A stretch of DNA of 63,402 nt, counting the filler, from Welwitschia mirabilis (taxonomy: Eukaryota), in assembly GCA_051453625.1 (NCBI GenBank). It is 6 parts of one record of this genome, joined end to end, with 100 filler letters (N's around TTAATTAATTAA, not from the genome) between each part and the next. Parts side by side here need not be neighbours in the genome. Positions count along the whole stretch, not along the records: positions 19,393 to 48,283 come from JBOZIK010000001.1; 5 more parts are not named here. One strand, given 5' to 3'. Position numbers and translations under genes: made by a program. Within the stretch, counting starts at the first letter, position 1. Every line of letters begins with the position of its first letter. Below are positions 23,998 through 37,080 of the stretch, in pieces. A model generated the notes under the pieces. That model did not search any database. It was not told where the DNA came from and was given only the letters and a program-made list of their open reading frames with translations.

Positions 23998-26262
23998 TAG
24001 CCCCATAATTAGCCTTTGTCAGTCCTTGACAAAGACCAAGTGAATAACTATAATTAGAGATAAATTATCTTAAGAAAATCAATATAAAATTATAAAACAA
24101 ACTCATAGATAATCTAAAACATGTCACATAGAAAAATAATATGCAATACATCATGTGTATGGAGTAAAAAATTTAAAATTAGGTTTTATAAAATCTCTAA
24201 AAACAACTCAAAAATGACTAAAAATAAGCCATGCAAATGAGTATTGGCTAATAAAATAAAGAAAGTAGATGGGGGTGAGAATGTGAATTTGAACAACTCT
24301 CTAAATCAAGTACAAATATTAGTATGAAAATATCAGATTTGAAAAATAGATATGCATGAAATATTCTAACAAGCATGAAAATAGTAGTTAATGAAAATGT
24401 ACTAATTAGGATGAAGAAGATCCATGAATACTCAACAAATGTGTCATCATAAAAAGATTAAGCCTCATGTAGAACTAGAAAAAAACTAAAAATAACAATT
24501 ACAAAAAGTGTTATGGAAACCCATCTAAGAAATTAAAAATAAGCATTAAAGACATACAATGTTAAGATCCTAAAATGATTAAAAAATATAGAAATAACTT
24601 TGAAACAACTAACTAAACCATGAAATAAAACAAAAAAATCGACATAAGGTAACATAAAGAAGATAGTCTACCTACCCTAAATTTTAACCTAATAAACTCA
24701 CATGGAAGAAATCATAACATCACTTGATTAAAAAACGCATAACTTCATGTATAATGATTTCATTCGATAAGGTAGTGATTATGATGATGCNNNNNNNNNN
24801 NNNNNNNNNNNNNNNNNNNNNNNNNNNNNNNNNNNNNNNNNNNNNNNNNNNNNNNNNNNNNNNNNNNNNNNNNNNNNNNNNNNNNNNNNNNNNNNNNNNN
24901 NNNNNNNNNNNNNNNNNNNNNNNNNNNNNNNNNNNNNNNNNNNNNNNNNNNNNNNNNNNNNNNNNNNNNNNNNNNNNNNNNNNNNNNNNNNNNNNNNNNN
25001 NNNNNNNNNNNNNNNNNNNNNNNNNNNNNNNNNNNNNNNNNNNNNNNNNNNNNNNNNNNNNNNNNNNNNNNNNNNNNNNNNNNNNNNNNNNNNNNNNNNN
25101 NNNNNNNNNNNNNNNNNNNNNNNNNNNNNNNNNNNNNNNNNNNNNNNNNNNNNNNNNNNNNNNNNNNNNNNNNNNNNNNNNNNNNNNNNNNNNNNNNNNN
25201 NNNNNNNNNNNNNNNNNNNNNNNNNNNNNNNNNNNNNNNNNNNNNNNNNNNNNNNNNNNNNNNNNNNNNNNNNNNNNNNNNNNNNNNNNNNNNNNNNNNN
25301 NNNNNNNNNNNNNNNNNNNNNNNNNNNNNNNNNNNNNNNNNNNNNNNNNNNNNNNNCATCACTTGATTAAAAAACGCATAACTTCATGTATAATGATTTC
25401 ATTCAATAAGGTAGTGATTATGATGATGCTAAAAATAAAATGATTTCATCAATAAATGATAAGATCAAAGATTTTCTAAAAAATGAACTCACTTGTCTAC
25501 ATCTCAAAACAAACATCTAAATCCTAAGAAATGAAATAGTCATATGGAAAGATGAAGAGTTTAGAAAATAAGCAATGCCTCTGATGTTACTAAGAATATC
25601 ACTAGTCCCATAGCCTCTAGATTATTATTATCTTATTATCTAACTATTCATGATGAAGGGAGTGCAACCAGAATTAAATAAGTAAGAACTCATGAAGCAT
25701 GGATAACTAACCCCCCAAATGGAGTTCCCATAGCTATCATGTTGCATTATCAAAGGCCTCACTCAGGAAAATTTGCCTCAGTGTACTTGTGGTAGATGTC
25801 ATAATGATCATGTTTGTGAGCTATTTCAAGTATAAAACATTAGTCTTATTTCACATACTCTTTTTTTTATTTTTTCCTTTTTGGGACTAAAAACAAATGA
25901 AAACATTCCACATGACTAAAACACTCCAAAAGACAAAGGTAAAATCAAAAGATAAGAGACAAAAAATAACACTCTTAGACAACCTAAGATCTTTTCATCA
26001 TTAAGAAAAACATCAAAAATAAAAAATCTTCATTCAAACTAAAGTTCATAAATGTGTGAATGTTTAAAGATTGGATGAATCTAATCTTACCATTGTAAAA
26101 TTCCCAAGTCAAAGTTTAGTAATGAAAATAAATGCATAAGTCATGTTTAAAAAAATGATTAAGTAATTTTATAATGGCCTTTAAAGGAAAAAGCTAAGAA
26201 AAAATTCACACAATGATAGGAGAGTAGTCCTTCTCATTAAGGGAAACCTCTGTGGCTAGTGC

Positions 26263-29200
26263 TTATATCATGTTTATATCAAAAGGTTGCTCATATATTT
26301 TTAACCTTTTTCCATTAAATTTTTGAATTTCTTTAGTAGTTAAGTCAAAAACCTTAATGAAGCCATTAAAACATGTTTTGTTAATAAGGTAAGGACCTAA
26401 CCATCTTGAGGTCAACTTTTTATATAGAAGATGTACTCTAGTGTTGTATAACAAGACAAGTTGGCTAGGTTCAAAGTTTTTATGAATTAACCTTTTATCA
26501 TGCTTTAATTTAAGCTTTGTGGATAATTTAATAATGAATAGCGCAAGTTCAGTTTTCATCTAAATGGTTCAATTGAGCTAAATAGGTTTTAAGGTTTTCT
26601 TCTAAGTTCATAAGATTAAGTTGATACATAGAATAATACGAATTGTAATAAATATCAATAGGTAAAACATAGACTTTATTATACACAAGCTCATAAGATA
26701 AAAAACCAAGTGAATTATGCCAAGTGGTATTATAAGCCAAAACAAAATAATTTTATTTAAAATCCCATCACTTCTTATTAGTAGAAACAATTTTTTAAAG
26801 CATGTTTTTAATTTATCTATTAGCATTTTTAGCTTATCCATTAGTTTGAGCATGGTAAGCACAAGTTATATGATGCTCTATACTAATGGAAAAAAGAAGT
26901 TTTGTAAAAGATGATTAATGAATTGAGTTCCCTATTCACTAATTATTATTCAAGGAAAATAAAGCATTGAAAAATTTGAGTTTTAAAAAAATTACAAATG
27001 GTTTAGTCATCTTTTGAGGAAGTAGAAACTACTTCAAATCATTTAGTCACATGATTCCAAGCCACTAAAATGTAATTTTTTTCTTAGAAGATGGTTTAAT
27101 TAGGTCTGTGAAATCTATTACCTAATAGTCAAAAGGTTCACACTCAATAATAGGTTTAAGGAAAATTTATTGTAATCATAAAAGAGTACCAAAATGTTGA
27201 CATGCATCATACATTTTAGCATACTTAAAAGAGTTATAAAAAGGACTAGGCTAATAGAATCCAAGGTGAAGAATTTTCATGGCTATTTTTTTACTACTAA
27301 AATGTTCATCATAAACATTACTATGATAAAGGTAAAGGATATTAGGTTTTCCCATTTGAGTATAAATTTTCTCATGATTTGATCCTTACATCTATGATAA
27401 AGATTGGGTGCTATTCACTTGTAGTCACCTATCCTATGGAGAAAAGATTTTATATGATTGTGACTTTAATTTTGTGGTGTTTTCAAAGTGATAAGAATAC
27501 CATTAAGGAGGATGAGTAGAAGATACAAGAAACAATTATTCATCCAAATAAGAATCATTGAGAGGAAGATCTTTAGAAGAAGAAGTAAGGCATGACAAGT
27601 GATCTATCATATTGTTATGTTTTTTTTGTCTTATCTATAATGGTGAGGTTGAATTATTATATTAAGAGGATTCATCTAATAACCTAGTACTAGAATCTTT
27701 CTTAGTTATCAATTATTTAACCAGTACATAATCTATGTAGACATTTGTGTGAAAGCCTAAAAGATAATGTCTAAGATTGTTGAGGAAAACGATTATGGCT
27801 AATATTTATTTTTTAGTAGTTAAATAGTTACATTAAGCTTTGAATAATGTTTTACTATGGATAGATATGACTTTAAAATCATTATCATATTTTTGCCTAG
27901 GTACTCAACCTACAGGAAAATTAGCATCACACAATAACTCAAAATATTTCTTTCAATCATCTCCTATTATGATAGGGGCATAATAGACTTTATGTTTGAG
28001 TTTATTAAAAGCAAATTGGTAAGATATATTCTAATCAAATATGACTCCTTTTTCTAGTAATTCATGTAGGGATTATAAATTTTAGCATAATTCTATATGA
28101 AATGATGATAAAAACCATAATGTCCAAGAAAAGATCAAAGTTTCTTAACATTAACTGGAGGAGCTAAGTATTGAATGATATGAACTTTCTCAGGGTCCAT
28201 CTTAATTCCCCTTTTGAAAATGTGATGGTCTAGAATAATTCCATTTTCAACTAAGAATAAACTCTTTTTCCAACTTAAGTGAAGATCACATTCTATGCAT
28301 CTATTAAGAAATTTTTCTAATCTTTTTAAAGTTTGATCAAAGGTTTCTTCAAAGATAGAAAAGCCATTCATAAAGATTTTTATTAAATCCTCTAACATGT
28401 TTGAAAAGATACCAATCATAGCATGTTCAAAATTTCTAAGAGCATTACATAAATCAAAATAAATTTGTCTAAAAGAAAACATATCAAATGGCAAAGTAAA
28501 AGTGGTTTTAGCTTGATATTCACTAGCTATGAAATCTTGGTTATAACCACTATATTCATCTAAAAGGTAATAGAAAGAATGTCCCTAAATTTTATCAAGT
28601 ATTTGATTGAGAAAGAGGTAAGGATAATGATCTTTCCTTATGACTTCATTTAGTTTTCTAAAATATATGCAGACTCTCCATTTCCCATCCTTTTTTGGTA
28701 CTACAAGCAAGGGACTAATCCATTCATTATCTAATATAGTGTAAATTATTTTAGCATTCAGACTTAAAGATTTCATCTTTAAATACTTGTTTAAGTACTA
28801 GATTTAATACTATTTGTAGTTCTTAAATCAATTTTACATTTTCCTTAAGATAGATTTTATGCTAAATGATAGAAGAAGGGATGGCAAATAGATCTTGATG
28901 AGATCAAGTGAAAGCACAATTTTTGGAAGTTAAGAAGGAGATTAATGTTAACTCTTCTTTAGTAAAAATTTTCATTGACTATAAGAGGCTTATTTTGATC
29001 ATCATTAAAAAAGTATATATTTTAGTCCATTAGAAATATTTTCATATTTAAAATAAAATTTTTAGTATGTAGTGAATTATCTCCCTCAAACTATGAGTTC
29101 TCATTTAATAGTTGGACTTCCTTATAATCTAAGGGTTCTACTTCTTCATTCTAATCTAAAAAGTCATTCTCAAAGTTGGATATATTGAGGGATTCTAAGT

Positions 29201-31400
29201 TATTAACCTTAATTTAATCATCATAAAGCATAAGTTTGTGTAATATCAGTCATTTTTCTTTAAGGGAATGATGTTAAAGGAATAAAGTTGATTTGATTTT
29301 ATCTTTTATGTTCTATTCATTATCTAGATCCTTATCAGTGGAATGAAAAACTCTAATTAGAAAACCTTTATTTCTTAGATGACATTCCATCATCCCAGTT
29401 CTTGTGTTAATAATATTGGACTATTACATAGAATCACATCCTAGAAGTAATGGGTAACCTTTCTTATGTTTGACTTCTATGACAACCACATCTACTAGGT
29501 AGCATGCCTACTTAATTTGGATTACTAAATCTTTAATAACCTTTAAGGATTTCTTAACCAAATTTTCTACTAATTCTAAGAGAATCTGAGTAGACTCTAT
29601 TCTATTTTCTAATCCAAGTGTCTTATAAATATGAAATGGCATGATGTTAACACTTGCTTTAATATCATCTAAATATTTTCTGATATTTTTGTTTTTCTCT
29701 AATAGAATACTTACTATTACTTTCCTTGAATCTTTAAATTTTGGAAATTTTTGTAACACTAAATTCATGAGAAATTTTACTAAAAATACTTTGCTAGGAA
29801 TAACTAATCTTTGTTTTCTTCTTAGTTTTGAATACCTTGGATTTTCATGGAAATGTTTCTATAAGGGTAAGTTTATGTTTATATTTTTTATTAATGATTT
29901 AAGATGTTTGTTGAATGTTGTATTAGGTTAAGCCTATTAAGCCAAGGGGTACATGATTGATTTTATAAAGAATTTTTCTTTTTGTTTCTACTAAGAAGAG
30001 GAAAGTTATGATCTTCTAATATTTTGATGTCCTCTTCTTCCTCATCATTTTTAGTGTTAATTTGGGAGGTTAATGCTTCATAAGGAAGAGGGTATTTTTC
30101 TTGATCACTTCATGTTATAATGTTATAATCTCTTCTCATTGTATTGGAATTTGGTAAAGGGTTTGTAGCCAATGATCCTTGGAATAGTTAGTTTGCCAAC
30201 ATTATTTGTTGAAGGGAATTTACTAAGTTTTCAATGTTGGTAGTTTGTTTTTCTAAGATGAATTTTATTATTTCTTGTAATTTCCTAAGTTCATATAGTA
30301 AATTATTTAGATGTTGAAAGTTTAATGAACTTCGTTAGAAGTTTATACTTTTAAATTAGTTTTTGAAAGGTTGAAAATTATTTTGAAAATTTTTGAAATT
30401 GTTGTCAAAGGTTTGTGTATTTAACCTAGGTTATGCCTAATTTTGATTTTTGAAGTTTGGAAATTTTTTATTAAAAGCACAAACTTTTTTATGTAATTTT
30501 TCTTTATAGCTAGGTAAAAGTAAATAATCTTTTATAATGTAATAACTATTCTCAAATAAATCACACATTGACATAACATTATTCTTCATTTCTAATTTGA
30601 CATCTAAGATCATTTCAGTATATTTCTATAGAGTAGAGGTAAAATTTTTAATTAGATTTATAGGGTTTTATTCATCTTATATCTCATTTCCTTATTTAAC
30701 ATCTTTTAAATATTTGATGAATTATCCTACAGTGCATTTTTCTTTTGATGTTGGCTAAGTTTAACTTACATTCATAAGTTCTTCTAATATTTTTCACGCA
30801 TTATCTAATGTAAGGTTTATAAGGTTTCCATCATAAGAAAAGTTCACAAGTTATTTTATGTGGTAGTTTAGTCTACTATAAAAGTAGTTAACTAGTTCTA
30901 TTTGTTAAAGGTATCTACTAGATTAGAGTAAATTTCTATAAAGAAGCATTCATATGTGGAAGAATAATCCTTATTTAGTTGCTATTGAAAATTTGTTACT
31001 TCCTTTTTCCTTCTTCTAATGATTTCTTCACCCATGAACCTTTTAATCAAGGTTCCCTAGACTTGAATCCAAGACTTTAAACTTTTATGGGATATAGTTT
31101 TTAGCCAAATTTTCACTCTTCCCCTCAATGTCATCAAAAAATGACCATGTATTTTTAATTAGTAATTCTTTTCTTTTCATTTCTTATGGTATGAACTAAC
31201 TGTTTTTTGTCTATGATGTGTTGTAGAGGGTCCTTATTAGGTCTATTATTAAAGATTCGATAGGCATATATGTCCTTTAACTCAACATTATCTCCTGTTG
31301 GTAAATCAAAAGGAGTTTGTATGTATTATTTACTATTTGCTCATACTTTCCTAAGGGTAAGGTTTACATCAAGAATAAGGGTTGAAGACACTACAACTTG
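26263..31400 (-). pseudogene. Gypsy gag-pol, disrupted
   Basis: Protease LDDIKASVNIMP; RT EWISPLLVVPKKDGKWRVCIYFRKLNEVIRKDHYP and IFSNMLEDLIKIFMNGFSIF; integrase C-terminus VLLYNTRVHLLYKKLTSRWLGPY...FNGKRLKIY; gag relic ~30700-31340. Confidence 0.9.
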
Positions 31401-32085
31401 CTTTTACTTTTGGGTAGTGCTCAACATTGTAAAATTATTATCTTCTACAAAACTTTCTTAAAAGGGATCAGATTCAAAAAAAAAATAAATAAAAAAAAAT
31501 ATTATATGCACTTGGAGTTTGTTTTTTAATTTGATTTCAAAGTCACTCAATCTTGCCTAGATGTTCTCTGCTATTAATAACCTTTCTTTCTAATACTTCT
31601 TTCCTAGACTGACCATGTTATAGCATCATGCAAATAGAAAATAATAAAAAACCATATCAAAAACAACAAATAGTCATTCTAATTGTCATGTGGATGATAG
31701 AAGGAATGATGAACACAAAGTGTAGAAAATAGAAACTTAATAAAGCAAAAACCAAAACACTAAAGTTATCATTCCTCTTATCATGTGGATAATAAATAAG
31801 ATGATAAATACTGATTATCTTTATGCTAATAGAAAACTATAATCTAAAAATAAAGACTAAAATCATAGATTATCATCTAGCATTTCATGAGTATGATAGA
31901 GGTTACAACAGGTATTTTACTACTAAAATGAAAATTGAAAAACTATGAATAGAAAACCTATAGTTTTTAATCAAAATACAATGTTACTATGGCTAATCAA
32001 CTAAATGGAAATCTGATTTACTTACCTAAATCATGAAAATCCTTGTGCTTCTCAATAGTTTTCCCTAGTAATAATGTCAAGATAT

Positions 32086-33140
32086 TGTGGTGCATATTTT
32101 TCTATACACAATCTAGTATGAATGGGAGTAACCCGAATGTTGTAATCCATTAGAGGCTTACGAGAGAAGAATAAGAATTAATTTTTAGCCAAATAAGGTA
32201 ACTAAAATTAAAGAACAATGCAAGAAAGAAAGATACCATGCAATTTTAAATGCAACTAAATCTAAATGCAATGCAAAATAAATCTAAACTACTTTTATTT
32301 AGCCTTAACAAAGGCTACCCTTAAGACTTATATCACCAATGAAACTATCATCAGATCAAGGACAACATAAACCATAAGAGACATATGATAAAATAACATG
32401 CACACATGAAATCAAGGTTTTGTATTAAATGGAACTAGTGTTTGGGTTATAAAATAGCTGAGTCTTAATGGAGGATGCACAACCCTTCACTAAGGGAATG
32501 TCTTTCTACAACTTCTGAGATAGATCTCCAGCCCTCTGATCTCCTGTCATAAGACTATCTAGTATAAATGAAGATGAGTAAGAGAGTTAAAAAGGGGTTT
32601 TTATTTATAGGGCTAAGAAACAAAATTGACATATAAAAGGCACTATGAAATGCACTCAATGACAAAAAAGAAATAGATGAAATGGATAAATATCGACTGA
32701 TAGTTATAGTGTTATCTCAGCTATCATGGGAATGACTAAGGGGGACGATGAATTAAATGTTACAATTGTCATCTTGCATGTTGTGGAAACGATCATGGAA
32801 ATGATAGCACTTTATCTAAGATGACTTAATAGTGACTTAACAGTCCATATTAGCATCCAATGTGTCATCGTGTTACCTGTCATGGGGATGACATAGGGGA
32901 CACAAGTCTTCTTTATTCTTATAATTCAAAAGAATCTAGCCTTTTTCATCAGTGATCTTCCTTCAAATCCATGTGTATCAGAATGTGTCTTAAATTTTTT
33001 CAATTATGCTAAGAGTTACATATTTCTAAGATCTTCCTTTAATCCTTCATAATCCTCAAATTTGCATCCATAATTGTGTAATTATCTTGAAATGTAGCTC
33101 ATAACATCCCATCAAATAGACATAGTTTGGAAGTGCATCA
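32086..33140 (-). repeat. 5' LTR of the Athila-like element
   Basis: Adjacent to the PBS relic; ends ...gtgcatca at 33140. Confidence 0.88.
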
Positions 33141-35989
33141 ATGGTCTTTATTCACTATTAGTGGTATTAGACTACACTATGTAATTAGGTGAAATTCTCA
33201 TTAAATATCCCATTCTATTATTATTCAGCATATACAAAAACAAATAGGTTTTTAAGAAATTATAAGATAAGAATGGGTTTTAAATTGTTTTCATAGGTTT
33301 CAAACTAAGTTTTAGAATGAAATTCTTAAAAATGTTTATGATATTAGTTAACGATGATGCTTATGTTGGTTGTTTGAGGTTTTGTAATTAAGGAAAAAAT
33401 AAGTTGGTCATAAATACTAAGCAAAATGGTTTGGATTATGGGGTCTAAAAAATAAATAAAAAAAACATTTAAATGGTAAAGACTTTGAAAAATAAATCCT
33501 AAGAAAGAAAGTCCTATTTTTTATATTTCAAAAACTTTTTATACAAACAATAAAGGCTCATAATAAAAATAGCAACTAACTATTAAAATTTAAAGTGTAA
33601 AATAAAAATAAAAATGAAATGTAAGCTCTTATAATTTTTTGTATTTATGTTTTTTGATTCTTGCTTTGGTCATAAACCTATAGAAAGTTCATTAGACTTG
33701 TAACTACAAAATATTCTAATATAGAAATTATATTTAAGATAGAGCAAAAAATAAATATAACTAAAAAAAATGAACTAGTTTAGGTATTACTAGAAATGAA
33801 CCACTGCCCACTACTAGAATATTACAAAAGTGAAATGAAAAATTGAAAATAAAGTAAACCAGTTTAGGAAACACTGAAAGGGACTACTTTCAATTACTAT
33901 AAGTGTAGAATAAATAAAACCTAAACTTAAAAAACAATACAAGAAAGAAAGAAATTATGTGTCTTATATGAAGCTACTATTATTTCTAATAATGGTGTAA
34001 AAAATCTATTCATGTTTCGCTTTTATAAAATTTTAAATAAAAAACAACATCATAGTAAATACCCAGTTCCATTCTTTCCATAGGGAACAATCAAGGTAGA
34101 AAATTAAATATTAAGGACACAAACTTTTGTAACTTGTAAAGGATTAAAAACAAAACAAAAATCAAGATTTTTATGAATGAACTTCAATGAAATGAACTAA
34201 CTTCAAATGAAAAATGTAAATCAGCCAATAACAAAGTCTTAACTTAAATAATATATTGTAAATACTATAATAAATCCTAGAGTTATCAAGTCATAATGGC
34301 TTGAATCATGATGACATAATTACATTTATCAGATGAGTAGTGATGAATTTCTTATTTACTTTTATCCTTTATATTCTAATATAAGCATGAAAAATAGGAA
34401 AGAAATTCCAAATAACCATTAAACAACATGACGATAACTAAGAAGTAAACTAAATAAAATCACTCAAAAAATAAAATCAATTAATAAATATATAGCCTTA
34501 TTCAAGAATTAAAACTATAATATTAATTATAATGCAAACTTAAAACTGAAGAACTACTTCTATTTCATAGAAGAATATGAATTACATTATATTAGAAGAA
34601 GAGATTTAAACTAACACATACTCATGAAGCTAGCCTTGAAGCTCATTGCTCCCAAAGTAGAAGCTTAGAAAGATATGATGATTAATACTTTAAGGATTTA
34701 ATAATTTTACTAATAAAATATTATTATAAAGAGGGAATTTGACCCTTTTTATTAGAAAAATTAGGATTAAAATTTCTCAATTAGAAGTTTTAATTTAGAT
34801 TTTACAACTAAGAATTTGATAGTTTTACTTCCATGCATGATGTTAGAGTTTAATTTGATAAATTTCTAATTGCATAACTAGAAATTAATTTCTTCCTTGA
34901 GATGACTTAGAAACATAATATTTGGAGTTTTCTTTTACTAGAGAACTAATGACACTAGTGACCTAGATAATGGCACTAACATTTTTTACTAAAATAGTTT
35001 TAACTTTTGGCATGAACTTCTAAATGTAGCATACAATTTAGAATAATCATAAGAAAATGCATAAGTTTATAAATTACATTAAAAATAATAAAAGACATAA
35101 TTTTCAATAAAAACATTAATTTCATGTTTTTTCTTAAGCTAAATTAGTCTTATACACTTTCTCTGATTCTTAATTTTTACATGTTATTAGGAGGATTATG
35201 AAGAGTTCTAAGAAAATATATGTGTCTTTATTAGTTTTTAAGACTACAACACCTCTAAAGTAAAGGAATGTAGTAAAATGTATTATGTTTTGGAGGGAAA
35301 AGTAGCATTTCCTTTGTCAATGCTAAGAAACACTAAAGTTAGATAGGAACAAATTATATGAAAAAGAATATTCTTTTTATAGGCTGGTTTCCCTCATAGA
35401 TATCATTGTTTGTATTCTATACATCGATTTTTTCATGATAAAATATTTATAGTAAACTTTTTTTTATTATTTTAGTTCCTCCAAGTTCTACTTCATTTTA
35501 TCCTTGAGATACATGTACTCTTCATCTTTTATCTTTATATCCTAGTTTCTTAAGATCTTATAATGTTAGGAAGCCCTTTTTTTAAATCTTCGATATATGT
35601 ACTTCATTGACATTATTACTTGAAAATTGATGAGGTAGAAAAAATAACTTTACACTTATCTCTTAGTTAATAATACAATTTCAACATAGTAGTTATTATT
35701 GAGGGTAGGTACCTTAAAATTACCTATCACTATTATTATTATTATTAAGGTATTTATTTTTAATTTTTATTAAAGATATTATAAAGGATATCTATGAGAC
35801 ATTAAAGAAATTTTATTTTTATTTTCATGTAAGGACATGAAAGAAATGTTATATTTTATAATTATTTTTAGTAAGATATTTCTAGAAGATATTGTTATCA
35901 TTTTTTTAAGAAACTAAGTACATATTTATTGCAGTGTGAATTTATGCAATGCTAAAGCTTCTTTAGGTAAATCTGTAAATCAAATAACT

Positions 35990-37080
35990 TGTAAAAAAAT
36001 ACATGCTAATGTAGATGAGAGTTCACCCAAATGTTGTAATCCCAATGAAGTCACTAGGATTAGAGTTAGAGAATTGATTTTCAAAAGTATATTTAGTCTT
36101 TCATCTTTTACTAACTAAAAGTAAGTAAAAAAGTAAATGCAATACAAGTGAATGGAAGTGGAAATGAAATGGATTCTCTTGGTTCTTAATCCTTCTATTA
36201 CAAGGACTAGCTTCTAGTATTTCTATCACAAAGACTATATTTTCTATAATTCATATCAATTAAGAAGAGCATTCAACTAGTTCTTAACCAACATAAATTA
36301 TAAGATCTACCAAGTAGAATATGCAATATGCAATATGAAATGTAAATGTAATGCAAACCTACTACTAACTAAGGTCAACCTTAACAAAGGCTACCTTCAT
36401 GATCTAAATAAATCCAAGCTTGTCACTAACTAAGATCAACTTAAATCATAAGGGACATTCACAGAATTGGAGTGAAAAGAGTAATTGTATTAATCAAAAG
36501 AACTTTACATCCACTTATAACAGAATAATAGCCCCTCAATGGAAGAGACACAGTCTAACACCAAGGAAACCCATTTCTACAGCTACTAGATGGATCTCCT
36601 TCCTTCAAGCTTCCATCACAAGCATATCAAGTATAAAAGATGGTATGGAAGTGAAGGAGGGAAGGGTGTTTATAGTTTTACAATAAATCGTAACCCTAGA
36701 CATTGGTGAAGGAAACCTTAGTAGCCCACCTGGGTCGCTTAACCCCATTTACAATAGTATTTATTGCAGATATGTAAAAATAGTTGGCATCCTATCCGTT
36801 ATCAACACGACATAGGGGACGCCACCGCCTTAATTGCTTTGGTTTTGTACCTATGTGATTCCGTTAGCCTTGTGGGTTATACTCGCATGTTACCAATGCC
36901 GTCGTCCTGTATGTCATCTAGACAACGTAGGGGACGATGCCCTATCACCATGTGCTACTGTCGATGTTGTAGCTTTTGTCCATGTAATAAGTTATCGTCA
37001 TCTCTGTCGTGGGGACGACAGTGGGGATGACACTCTTCCCAAGCTCCTCAAGTAGTGTAAATTGGTCTTCTTCACCTTTA
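35990..37080 (-). mobile_element. Athila-like LTR (family B), truncated, CpG-retaining copy
   Basis: Colinear with 50380-51400 and 39494-39965; keeps gtcgtcc/ggggacgac motifs. Confidence 0.8.

Larger units (their letters stand above)
22960..33140 (-). mobile_element. Full-length Athila-like Ty3/Gypsy LTR retrotransposon, decayed
   Basis: LTRs 22960-23997 and 32086-33140 with TG...CA ends. Flanks ATTGT (22955-22959) and ATGGT (33141-33145) form a 4/5 TSD. Decayed tRNA-Asp-type PBS at 32062-32079. PPT-side motif ggactgacaaaggctaattatggggcta. Domain order gag-PR-RT-RH-INT. Confidence 0.9.

Noticed and set aside
24718..25429. Near-identical direct repeats flanking N gaps (also 21026/21141, 47611/47752, 60501/60701)
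   Set aside because: Most likely unmerged contig overlaps or haplotypes. A true tandem repeat cannot be excluded but is unsupported.
34200..35200. Additional LTR-like segments here and at 38740-39390
   Set aside because: Layout is suggestive but there is no second copy, terminus or TSD that I can verify.
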